A model generated the notes under the pieces. The model was not told where the DNA came from. It did not search any database and saw nothing but the letters and a program-made list of their open reading frames with translations. A program made the position numbers and the translations under genes. From the NCBI GenBank assembly GCA_045111535.1, contig JBGUGM010000194.1:1-45684 (forward strand): 45,684 bases of DNA, written 5' to 3'. This DNA comes from Bacteroidaceae bacterium. GTDB taxonomy: Bacteria; Bacteroidota; Bacteroidia; Bacteroidales; Bacteroidaceae. Shown piece by piece: positions 31,987 through 40,449 of the stretch (position 1 is the first letter of the stretch; the number at the start of each line of letters is the position of its first letter).

Positions 31987-33890
31987 AAAGCCCCGTCTAT
32001 CATATTAACCGCTCCTTGTCGCTGAAACTCTGTCTCGGCATCCTGCTGTTTGTGGTTGTCGTGTTCGTGCTCAGTCTGGGATTCCTCTTCGAGCGTTCAC
32101 GACAGATGGTCAAGCAAGAGGCAATGGCATATACCGAGCACATGCTTGAGAACACTGCCCTGCGTGTGACGGACTACATCAATGAGGTGGAGACTGCCAC
32201 CAACAACATCGAGTGGTTGGTGATGTCGAATCTGCGTCCCGACTCCCTCTTCAACTATTCCCGTCGGGTGGTGGAACTCAACCCCCATGTGAATGGCTGT
32301 TCCATCACGATGGAGCCTAACTTCTTCCCACAATACGGGCGCAACTTCTCTGTCTATACGTTGAGAGACCGCGATTCGATTGAAACCGTTTTCGAGCCTC
32401 CCTACAACTACTACGGTAAGGAGTGGTACAAGACACCCCGTGAGAATGGTGAAGCCTGCTGGATAGATCCCTACAATGACTTTAACGAGGGCGCCCTGTC
32501 CTCTCCCGTCATGATTGCATCCTATTGCAAGCCTCTGAAGAATGAGGTAGGCGACTTCATCGGAGTCATCGCTACTGACCTCCCCATCACCGTGCTCTCC
32601 CAGGCTGTCTCAGCAGAGAAACCCTATCCTAATTCCTACTGCGTGTTGCTGGGTGAGAAGGGTGACTTCTTCGTGCATCCTGACCGCTTGAAACTCGTGA
32701 AGGAAAGCATCTATTCGACTGTGGATGCCAAGGAACATCCTGATGTCATTGCGTTGGGACATGAGATGACCTCAGGCAAGAAGGGCAATATGCAGGTCAA
32801 CATCAACGATGAACCTTGCATCGTGTTCTACCAGCCCCTGGAGCACACGAAATGGAGTATTGCCATTGTATGTCCTGAAAGCGATATCTCCGAGAGTTAC
32901 AACCGTCTGTTCTATATCCTCCTGCCACTGCTCATCATAGGTCTGTTGCTGATGCTCGTGGTCTGCTGGAAAATCATCAGCCACTTCATTCGTCCACTTG
33001 ACCAACTGGCACAGCAGTCACGCTACATCACCGCAGGACACTACGACAAGACACTCCCCAAGAGTGACCGTACCGATGTGGTGGGATATCTGCAGAACAG
33101 TTTCATCTCCATGCAGCAATCCATCAATGAGCACATCACCAACATACAGAAGGTGAATGAGGAGACAGAGAAGCGCAACACCGAACTCCTCACAGCCAAT
33201 CAACTCATCGAGGAAGCCGACCAGCGCAAGGCAAACTTCATCCATGAGGTGTCCCTCCAGATACGTACACCGCTCAACATCATTGCAGGCTTCATGCAGG
33301 TGTTGCGTGAGACTTTCAGTGTGTTGAGTGAAGAGGAGGTCGCAGGCTTCACCACAACGATGAAGCAAAACACCCTCACCATTTATCGAATGGCGCACAT
33401 GATATTCGATGTGTCACGAATGGATGAAAAAATCAAGGTGGATATGTCCAAGGAAGTGGATGTGATGTCTGTGATCCAGGAATCCATCAAGGTCTTTGAG
33501 GAGAAACAACCATATGATGTGATTCTGAACTTTACTTCATCCTTGCCCGATGGCCATACGGTTCACACCAATCGCCTCTATCTGTACAGGATTTTGCGTG
33601 AGTTGCTGATCAATGCCAAGAAATTCTCCATGGGGAATCCTGTCAACTTCTCAGTGGAAGAGGTCGGAGACAAACTTCGGTTCGTTGTCGAGGGTCATAG
33701 TGAAGGCATCAGCGAAGCAGATCGTGAACGTGTATTCGAACCATTCGTGAAACTGTCAAGTTTCACAGAAGGACTTGGATTGGGACTCGGATTGACTCGT
33801 CATCATGCTATCATGTTGGGTGGTAGCCTCGTGCTGGATCCTGATTACACCGAAGGAGCACGATTCATCTACGAGATGCCCAACAAGTAA
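31983..33890 (+). CDS. Sensor histidine kinase (Cache-HAMP-HisKA-HATPase)
   Basis: 635 aa with an ATGA overlap with the upstream gene. H-box ANFIHEVSLQIRTPLN, N-box ELLINAKKFS, G-boxes EGLGLGLGLTRHHAIMLGG. Confidence 0.9.
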   Translation: MKSPVYHINRSLSLKLCLGILLFVVVVFVLSLGFLFERSRQMVKQEAMAYTEHMLENTALRVTDYINEVETATNNIEWLVMSNLRPDSLFNYSRRVVELNPHVNGCSITMEPNFFPQYGRNFSVYTLRDRDSIETVFEPPYNYYGKEWYKTPRENGEACWIDPYNDFNEGALSSPVMIASYCKPLKNEVGDFIGVIATDLPITVLSQAVSAEKPYPNSYCVLLGEKGDFFVHPDRLKLVKESIYSTVDAKEHPDVIALGHEMTSGKKGNMQVNINDEPCIVFYQPLEHTKWSIAIVCPESDISESYNRLFYILLPLLIIGLLLMLVVCWKIISHFIRPLDQLAQQSRYITAGHYDKTLPKSDRTDVVGYLQNSFISMQQSINEHITNIQKVNEETEKRNTELLTANQLIEEADQRKANFIHEVSLQIRTPLNIIAGFMQVLRETFSVLSEEEVAGFTTTMKQNTLTIYRMAHMIFDVSRMDEKIKVDMSKEVDVMSVIQESIKVFEEKQPYDVILNFTSSLPDGHTVHTNRLYLYRILRELLINAKKFSMGNPVNFSVEEVGDKLRFVVEGHSEGISEADRERVFEPFVKLSSFTEGLGLGLGLTRHHAIMLGGSLVLDPDYTEGARFIYEMPNK

Positions 33891-33893
33891 CTC

Positions 33894-34895
33894 CTAACTT
33901 TTCTTATTCAGGAACTCTGCTACCCTGTTTCGTAGCAGTTGGTATGTGTCGCAATCCTTGAACTGAGTGTTGCGACGCAGCATTTGTGCCGGTTGGAACT
34001 GGCTGTGTGAATAGCACGACAATTCGTTGTTCATCTGCTGGCTATTGCCACGCGCCAGCATCTTGATGTCCTTTTCCCGTTCACGCCTCAAGATGGTGCA
34101 TACAGGCGTCAGGGCAGCATCCACCACATTCTCCATCAGGTGATGTCCCTGGATGAAGAGGTACGTGTTCTCCTTCCTCAGTCCCAACTCAGCCAACTCC
34201 ATCTTCAGCGGTGTCAGTTTTCCCTTCGCATCCTTCACATGCTGCTGCAACCACGCCAATTTGCGGTTCACCTGCCTGCGCACCCGTTCCAGGGCATCAA
34301 TAGGCTTGAACACATTCAGTTGCTCCACCGACACGATATTATTGAAATTGTTCAGAGGGAAATCGTTGAAGCGTCCACGCCGGTGCAGCCACACCATCCA
34401 TATAAACAACTCGTAGATGATTTCCGAGTACTGGCGCAGATACTCCTCAAAATTGAAGATGTCCCTGTCATTCAGCGTTGCCATCACACACACATTGTGC
34501 AGCGAAGGCGCATAGCACTGGTAACTCTCGATGGAATAGGCATACGTGTGAATCACGTAAGGATTGTCCAGCATCCTTTGCGACGAAGGTGTATGGCGTT
34601 GCAGCAGGTAATCCAAGTCCGCATCCACACACGCAATCATATAGCCACCCAACGACTCCCCAAGCCTGTTCATCAATGCCGTCTTCTTGCCCCTGTTCAG
34701 GTTGGTGCGCGAAGGCAGCATCACCTCAAACGCCGTGTTCTCATCCTCAAACTCGCTCAGCACACTCCTCCAGAAGAAGATATCATCATAACTCTCCACA
34801 TACACCACAATCTTCCGCTTGCGGTTCTTCGGACGCAAACGGTTCGCAGCCTCTATATAGGCAGAGGTGATGTTGGAGGTAAGGTGCCGCGACAT
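33894..34895 (-). CDS. DUF4435 / TOPRIM (OLD-family-like) protein
   Basis: 333 aa. KIVVYVESYDDIFFW (Toprim Glu context) and MIACVDADLDYLL (DxD). Its start lies 1 nt after the stop of the upstream ATPase gene. Confidence 0.75.
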   Translation of the reverse strand: MSRHLTSNITSAYIEAANRLRPKNRKRKIVVYVESYDDIFFWRSVLSEFEDENTAFEVMLPSRTNLNRGKKTALMNRLGESLGGYMIACVDADLDYLLQRHTPSSQRMLDNPYVIHTYAYSIESYQCYAPSLHNVCVMATLNDRDIFNFEEYLRQYSEIIYELFIWMVWLHRRGRFNDFPLNNFNNIVSVEQLNVFKPIDALERVRRQVNRKLAWLQQHVKDAKGKLTPLKMELAELGLRKENTYLFIQGHHLMENVVDAALTPVCTILRREREKDIKMLARGNSQQMNNELSCYSHSQFQPAQMLRRNTQFKDCDTYQLLRNRVAEFLNKKS

Positions 34896-34896
34896 A

Positions 34897-35754
34897 TTAG
34901 TTTGTTATCTCATTCACCTCCGTCACATTGCTCATCCACCCGTCCATGATGAGGGCAGGGGAGTGTGTGGAGAGGATGATTTGTGCATTCGGGTTCAGTT
35001 GACGGATCAGGTCAATGAGTCTTTGTTGCCAATCGATATGGAGGGAAATCTCGGGTTCATCCATCAGCAGGGCGTACGGTTCGCGGTTCTCCACCAGCAC
35101 CGTCAGCAAGATGGCAAGCATCTGCTTCTCACCGCTCGAGAGTTGGTAAGGGGTCAGCAGTTCTCCCTCCGTTGTCTGTTGTCCGTTGTCCGTTGTCTTT
35201 TGTATAAACTGAATCTCATTGCTCTTCCTGTCAATCTTCTTGTTCGTGTCGGCAAAGAGTTCGTCAATCATGTCCTGGAACTGCTTCTTTGGCGCACTCA
35301 CCTCCGCAGCCTTCAGCTGATCCTCGGGATCACCACTGGTGAGCAGTTCGATGATGCGGTTGCCGATGTTCACCTGATAGTCAAGGAATCGCTTCTGCAA
35401 TCGGTATATCTGCCAATCCAGTTCCGTCTTCACACGCGAATCCGACAGTTTCTCCAGCAAGTCGCTGTGCAGCAGAGGGCGGTCAAACGAGCGGATGACG
35501 TCAAACTTGATGTACGTCGCATCCTCAGGCATCAGTTTGATGGTCACCCCCTGTGGTGCATCCTTCGGCACAATCTCGTTGCGGTCTATCTCCGCCAGTG
35601 TCCTTGCCGAATGGTTGATGATGGTGCTCTTGCCCACACCATTGATGCCACTGAGGATGTTCACGTCAGGTTGGAGATTCCACACCACGTGCCTGCCACC
35701 CTTCCAAAGTGCCTTAATCTCTATGCTCTGGATGTAATCTGCTCTTTTTCTCAT
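34897..35754 (-). CDS. ABC/SMC-type ATPase (AAA_15/AAA_21-like)
   Basis: 285 aa from the ATG at 35754. N-terminus YIQSIEIKALWKGG...NILSGINGVGKST (Walker A), LSSGEKQ signature, LLMDEPEISLH Walker B, STHSP H-loop. Confidence 0.8.
   Translation of the reverse strand: MRKRADYIQSIEIKALWKGGRHVVWNLQPDVNILSGINGVGKSTIINHSARTLAEIDRNEIVPKDAPQGVTIKLMPEDATYIKFDVIRSFDRPLLHSDLLEKLSDSRVKTELDWQIYRLQKRFLDYQVNIGNRIIELLTSGDPEDQLKAAEVSAPKKQFQDMIDELFADTNKKIDRKSNEIQFIQKTTDNGQQTTEGELLTPYQLSSGEKQMLAILLTVLVENREPYALLMDEPEISLHIDWQQRLIDLIRQLNPNAQIILSTHSPALIMDGWMSNVTEVNEITN
35169..35203 (+). repeat. 35-bp heptamer module (CCGTTGT CTGTTGT CCGTTGT CCGTTGT CTTTTGT) inside the ATPase gene
   Basis: Read directly from the sequence. 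On the coding (-) strand it encodes QKTTDNGQQTTEG. Confidence 0.9.
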
Positions 35755-35773
35755 AACAAATACATTTTTATCA

Positions 35774-35983
35774 TTACCATAATTGGATGTCCGTGAAATC
35801 GAATTGATTCTCGAAGTCTTCGAAGTCATCGAAGTCGGTCATCATCGGAGCACGTCCACCACCAGTGCCGCCACCTTTATAGCCAACGTCACCTTCGATT
35901 TTATCTACAGTGCTGCCAACAAGGACACCCTGCATGTTCATTCCTATCACCTCCATCTGAGGCTTCATATATATCTTCTTCAT
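35774..35983 (-). CDS. Small hypothetical protein, Gly-rich centre and acidic/aromatic tail
   Basis: 69 aa: MKKIYMKPQMEVIGMNMQGVLVGSTVDKIEGDVGYKGGGTGGGRAPMMTDFDDFEDFENQFDFTDIQLW. Same strand as the ATPase gene and 19 nt upstream of it. No homology recognised. Confidence 0.5.
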   Translation of the reverse strand: MKKIYMKPQMEVIGMNMQGVLVGSTVDKIEGDVGYKGGGTGGGRAPMMTDFDDFEDFENQFDFTDIQLW

Positions 35984-35997
35984 AATCTTCTACTTTT

Positions 35998-36148
35998 AAC
36001 CACGAATTTTTTTGTTTTGAACACGAACCTTTAGCTCGGCGTAGCCAATTACACGAATTTAACGAATTTAGATGCTTTATTTATTCGTGTTTATTCGAGA
36101 GATTCGTGTTCGTTCTTCTCATTCGTTGAATTCGTTTTAATTCGTTGT
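35998..36148. repeat. ACGAAT-rich palindromic element, left copy
   Basis: ~150 bp with ACGAAT(T) words in the first half and ATTCGT words in the second. Contains the 34-bp core TTGAACACGAACCTTTAGCTCGGCGTAGCCAATT (36017-36050), which recurs as an exact reverse complement at 42388-42421. Confidence 0.85.
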
Positions 36149-36150
36149 TA

Positions 36151-39100
36151 TTATTTAATTACGATTTTTTTGCCGTTAAAGAGATACACACCCTTCGTGG
36201 CGGGCTTGCCGTTCAGTTTCAAACCGCTCAGCGTGTACCAACTGTCATCTGTCAACTGTCCACTGTCCACTGTCTCGATGTTCGTTTCCTCGTCTCCGAA
36301 GTCCACCACCATGTTCTTGATGCCTCCTTCTCCCAGACCTGAGTCAATGGCTTCGATGCCGCCCAAGAGTTGGAAGTAAGCACGAAAGCAGTTGAGGTAT
36401 GAGTAGTTCTTCGGGTAGAAGAGGTTTTCCCCGTCCATGAGCAGCACACTGGGCGCATCTTGTATGTATTCCCACAACGTGTATGTGCCATCGAAAGAGA
36501 TGAGGTCGGTAATCACCACAGGATTCAAGGTGGCGTTGAGCGTCACGTTCTTGAAAGTGGGCGCATACAAATCAGAGGCTAATTCTGGGTGTTCGTAATT
36601 GAATGCCACATAGGGATCAGGTTTTTCCCACTTGATCAGGTATGGTACACCTGCCTTCAGTTCCGTCTCGCTACCCTCCGTGAACTTCAGCGTCAGGGTG
36701 CCATTCTTCAGCGAGGCATCCTTCAGCGTCTTCACCTCCACGCCAGGACCATCCAAAGGACTGCCAGCCACCGTCACGTCGAATGGCAGGCAGAGGGTGT
36801 TCCACTTGCCATCCTTGTACAAGACACGGTCAGGGAACGAAGCATTCACCTTCTGTCCATTGTAGTTCGCCAGCGTGTTTTTGTTGCTGAGTCCATCATA
36901 GAAGAATACACATGTGACGGTTTCCGACTTGCCGAAGTTGAACAGCACATCCTTGTACTTGAGTGGGAGACCAGGGGAAAGCAATGTCATGCAGTAGTTC
37001 GCACCCAAGGAGGTGACACCTTCAAGTCGTTGCATGGTATAGGTGGGCTCATGTTCGCCATCTATACTTAGTTCAATCAATACCACATCTTGCTTCCCGT
37101 CACCATCAAAGTCATAAAACCTGGATAGTGTATAATCATCAGTTTCCTTAGGTTGGTTAGCATTCGGATCTTCTTCAGAGCCCTGAGTTTCTTCAGAGCC
37201 CTGAGTTTCATTATTCTCCTGAGGATGGTTCTCAACTCGCTCTATATCGACCAGATAACCCTCCCATTGGCTCATCAAACTTGCCATTTCTCTATTCATT
37301 ACCTTACCATCGAGGGCGACAGGGTCGTCACTGGTCAGGTTAAACACCAGTGTCTGCTGTGGTGCCATCTCCGCATCCACTGTCACTTTCTTGGCAGGCA
37401 TGATGAAGTAATGATTATATTCATCTTCCTCCACAATGGTCACATCCGTAGAAGTGAACTCACCCGTGAAGTACATGTTGGCAGGAATGACGTCTGGGTT
37501 CACGTCCACCCATACCTTTTCTCCTCTGAATGCCTCGCTAATCAGATTGGGTTTGTCGTTGAAGAAATCCACATAATCCTTCTCCCGTTCTCCGCTTTCG
37601 GCATCCACTTCCACGCCACTCTCCAAAGGATATGGATCCATATACGTAGCCGTCACCACCACATTGCCTTCAGGCATCATGAAGTAAAGGTCGCCATCCT
37701 CGTTCGTCTTGACCTCTAACGAAGTCTCTCCTTGCTTCACAGTCAGCACATCCACTGCCTGTCCTTCAGGCTCATCCACCCTCACGATGATGTCGTTTCC
37801 TGGCCACACCTTCCACACCTTGATGATGCTCGTTTCATCTTCATTTTCATCTTCCTCAGCCTTTCCTCCATCCACATAATAGAATGACATGTTGTCCTCA
37901 CCTGTCAGCGTGTACGCTACTGGTTCCACAGGGATGTCCGCGTAAGTGACAGTCACGGTCACATCGCCTGCAGGCATCGTGAATAGACCCGTACCATCCT
38001 CATATTGTATGCTCCGAACAAAAGTCTCACCCTGCATCACCGTCACCTCGTCGATTTCCTTTCCTGCTGGAATGGAGACTGTATAGGAAACCGTTGTTCC
38101 TGCGAGTGCCTGTGTGACCACCTCCTCTCCGATGCGGAAAGTGATGCCTTCCATGCCCGTCAAGGTGTAATTTTGTGAAAATGTGGTTGCCACCGTCACC
38201 GCACCCTCGGGCATCGTGAACGTGTAAACATCCTTGACATCATCGTATGTAAGCGCCACTTCAGTCTCGCCACACATAGCCGTCAACTCTTTCAGCGTGT
38301 TCCCTTCTGGTACATTCACCTTCATGGTGATGATGTCCTCGTTTCTCGCCTCCTTGACTTCTTTCCCTCCCAAATAGAAGGTTGCATAGTCACCTGTCAG
38401 GAGATGGATATGATAGTATTTCTTCAGAAGTCCACCTGCATCCGTGTGAGCAAACATCGCACCTTTTTTCTTCAAATCATTTGCATTACAATTTTCTATT
38501 TTCGTACCATACTCTCCTTCAAGGCTATTGCATCCATAAAACATGTCTTTTCCTCCCTTCTCAAGTCTTCTCCATCTCGTATCATCTACGAAGATGGACT
38601 TCAAATTGGAACAGCCTTCAAACATGCTATTCGTAGTGGCTGCTGTAGTTGTCTTACGGTTTTTGGGATAAGTATTATATAAATCTTTCAAGTCAAGGGT
38701 GGTCAGCGCACTACAATTCTTGAACATCATCTTCATGCTTGACACCATCGGGGCATCAAAACCACTCAGGTTAAGAGAGGTAAGCGCACTGCAATTTTCG
38801 AACATGCTATTGATGGCTAATGTCTTCGAACCATGAACTATGATGTTGCTTAGGTGAACTGTTTCCAAAGAACTACAATCAGAAAACATACTACTCATTT
38901 TTCGCAAACTCGGAAAATTCAGTTTACTTAGGTCAAATGTCTTCAAAGAACGACACCTAACAAACATGCCACCCATATTTGTCAAATTCGGAACATTGAT
39001 GCCGCTTAGGTCAACTGTTTCCAAAGAACTAATCGTTTTATTATCGACCGCAAACATGTTAACCATGTTTGTCAACACCGGAGCATCCAGTTTACTGAGG

Positions 39101-40029
39101 TTAACTGTTTTCAAAGAAGGACAATTATAAAACATCTTACTCATGTTCTTCACTTTCGGAGCCTCCATCCCACTCAGGTCAATCGTTGTTAGAGGTCTGT
39201 TTTTGTCGGAGAAGAAACTGGCAAGGCTTGACACATTCCCTGTATTGAATCCACTCATATCGATTTTTCTGAGCCCATTACAGCCTTTGAACAGATTTTT
39301 CATTTGTTTCAAATTCGTTGCATCAAATCCGCTCATCTTGAGAGTGTCTAAAGCACTACAGTCCTCAAACATGGAACTGATGTTAGTCACGTTTTTCGCA
39401 TCAAATTCACTCAAATCAAGTCCGGTTATTTTGCCACACCCCTTGAACATTTGTTTCATGTCCGTCACATTGGAAGTGTCGAAATTGCCCAAATCAAGAG
39501 TTGTTAGAGCGCTGCACCCCCAGAACATGCCACTCATATCCGTCACCTTTGAAGTGATGAAACCGCTCAAATCAAGGGAGTTGGAATTCAGAACGCTGCA
39601 ATCCTTGAACATTTGTTTCATGGACGTGACTTCATCGGTTTTCAGGTTTTTAATGCCTTCGATGCTTGTCAGTTTTTTAAACCCGTTAAACCAATCAATG
39701 CAGTAAATGGGTCGGGCAGCGCTGAATGAGTCCTCAAACACCACCTTGGTACAATCTTTTTTTGCGCTACTCCATGAGGCTTTATTTGTTGTTTTTACAC
39801 CTTGAGGATCAGCCTTATCCGGAATCCTCCATGCGTAGATGATATATCCATTGTGATTTTCGCTTTTCTGATGTGCCACATTGTCTCTAACAAAATACAA
39901 TGTGCTTTCAGTCTTGTTCCAGAGTACCCACGATGCCATTTCCTGTGCTCCTGCCGTCACCGACGCCAACATCACGAGCATCACCATGATTGCCCGCATA
40001 AAAAGACTTCTTTGTAATGTAGTATTCAT
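36151..40029 (-). CDS. BspA-type leucine-rich-repeat surface protein with T9SS C-terminal sorting domain
   Basis: 1292 aa from the ATG at 40029, with a signal peptide (MVMLVMLASVTAGAQ). About 14 repeats of ~25 aa (LDLSxFDxxNVTxMxxMFxxCSxL), then four ~85-aa repeats each ending in (F/I/M)MPxGxVTVxxT. C-terminal YTLSGLKLNGKPATKGVYLFNGKKIVIK is a T9SS CTD. Confidence 0.88.
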   Translation of the reverse strand: MNTTLQRSLFMRAIMVMLVMLASVTAGAQEMASWVLWNKTESTLYFVRDNVAHQKSENHNGYIIYAWRIPDKADPQGVKTTNKASWSSAKKDCTKVVFEDSFSAARPIYCIDWFNGFKKLTSIEGIKNLKTDEVTSMKQMFKDCSVLNSNSLDLSGFITSKVTDMSGMFWGCSALTTLDLGNFDTSNVTDMKQMFKGCGKITGLDLSEFDAKNVTNISSMFEDCSALDTLKMSGFDATNLKQMKNLFKGCNGLRKIDMSGFNTGNVSSLASFFSDKNRPLTTIDLSGMEAPKVKNMSKMFYNCPSLKTVNLSKLDAPVLTNMVNMFAVDNKTISSLETVDLSGINVPNLTNMGGMFVRCRSLKTFDLSKLNFPSLRKMSSMFSDCSSLETVHLSNIIVHGSKTLAINSMFENCSALTSLNLSGFDAPMVSSMKMMFKNCSALTTLDLKDLYNTYPKNRKTTTAATTNSMFEGCSNLKSIFVDDTRWRRLEKGGKDMFYGCNSLEGEYGTKIENCNANDLKKKGAMFAHTDAGGLLKKYYHIHLLTGDYATFYLGGKEVKEARNEDIITMKVNVPEGNTLKELTAMCGETEVALTYDDVKDVYTFTMPEGAVTVATTFSQNYTLTGMEGITFRIGEEVVTQALAGTTVSYTVSIPAGKEIDEVTVMQGETFVRSIQYEDGTGLFTMPAGDVTVTVTYADIPVEPVAYTLTGEDNMSFYYVDGGKAEEDENEDETSIIKVWKVWPGNDIIVRVDEPEGQAVDVLTVKQGETSLEVKTNEDGDLYFMMPEGNVVVTATYMDPYPLESGVEVDAESGEREKDYVDFFNDKPNLISEAFRGEKVWVDVNPDVIPANMYFTGEFTSTDVTIVEEDEYNHYFIMPAKKVTVDAEMAPQQTLVFNLTSDDPVALDGKVMNREMASLMSQWEGYLVDIERVENHPQENNETQGSEETQGSEEDPNANQPKETDDYTLSRFYDFDGDGKQDVVLIELSIDGEHEPTYTMQRLEGVTSLGANYCMTLLSPGLPLKYKDVLFNFGKSETVTCVFFYDGLSNKNTLANYNGQKVNASFPDRVLYKDGKWNTLCLPFDVTVAGSPLDGPGVEVKTLKDASLKNGTLTLKFTEGSETELKAGVPYLIKWEKPDPYVAFNYEHPELASDLYAPTFKNVTLNATLNPVVITDLISFDGTYTLWEYIQDAPSVLLMDGENLFYPKNYSYLNCFRAYFQLLGGIEAIDSGLGEGGIKNMVVDFGDEETNIETVDSGQLTDDSWYTLSGLKLNGKPATKGVYLFNGKKIVIK
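36239..36273 (+). repeat. 35-bp heptamer module (CAACTGT CATCTGT CAACTGT CCACTGT CCACTGT) inside the LRR protein gene
   Basis: Read directly from the sequence. On the coding (-) strand it encodes ETVDSGQLTDDS, immediately before the T9SS tail. Confidence 0.9.
37173..37208. repeat. Perfect 18-bp tandem duplication inside the LRR protein gene
   Basis: CTTCAGAGCCCTGAGTTT x2, encoding ETQGSE-ETQGSE in an acidic linker. Confidence 0.9.
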
Positions 40030-40070
40030 ATTCAATAGGTTGTAAAAGATTTTCTTTATAAATACGGGTA

Positions 40071-40078
40071 CAAAGTTA
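40071..40078 (-). promoter_or_regulatory. -7 box (TAacTTTG) for LRR surface protein gene
   Basis: Reverse strand reads CACTTATTCGTAACTTTGTACC, 42 nt upstream of the ATG at 40029. Confidence 0.55.
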
Positions 40079-40449
40079 CGAATAAGTGAGCAAAATACAA
40101 AATAATTTTACAATTATTTTTATTTTCGAACGCGAGTAACTTAGGTGAAGCCAATGTGGTGAAAACCGAGCGAAGCCAAAGTTGCGAATAAGTGAGGGTA
40201 TATATAAATATTTTTGAGATATGCAAGTTTGTTGCGTTTTTTCTGCTTTTTTGGTAACTGGTAACCATTTTCGGCTATTTTGACAGGTGTTTTACGTATG
40301 CGTTGGTGTCTTTACGGGCAACGCACGCGTGTCTTTGCGGGGGAGTCAAGCAAGTCTTTGTGAGGGTCTCAGACCAGAGGCTACGGGCAAGGCACGATAG
40401 GGTTATTTGCAGTGTCTCGTTCTTGATAAAGGCGGCGTTACCCCGAAAG

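Noticed and set aside
34140-35796. 269-aa and 309-aa plus-strand ORFs across the ATPase/DUF4435 locus
   Set aside because: They are His/Arg/Leu/Gln-rich antisense shadows. The minus-strand genes carry clear Walker/Toprim motifs and tight coupling.
35755-35829. Longer ATPase start at 35829 (310 aa)
   Set aside because: It would overlap the small ORF by 56 nt and add a non-conserved-looking extension. The ATG at 35754 gives the typical N-terminus (YIQSIEIKALW…) ~40 residues before Walker A.
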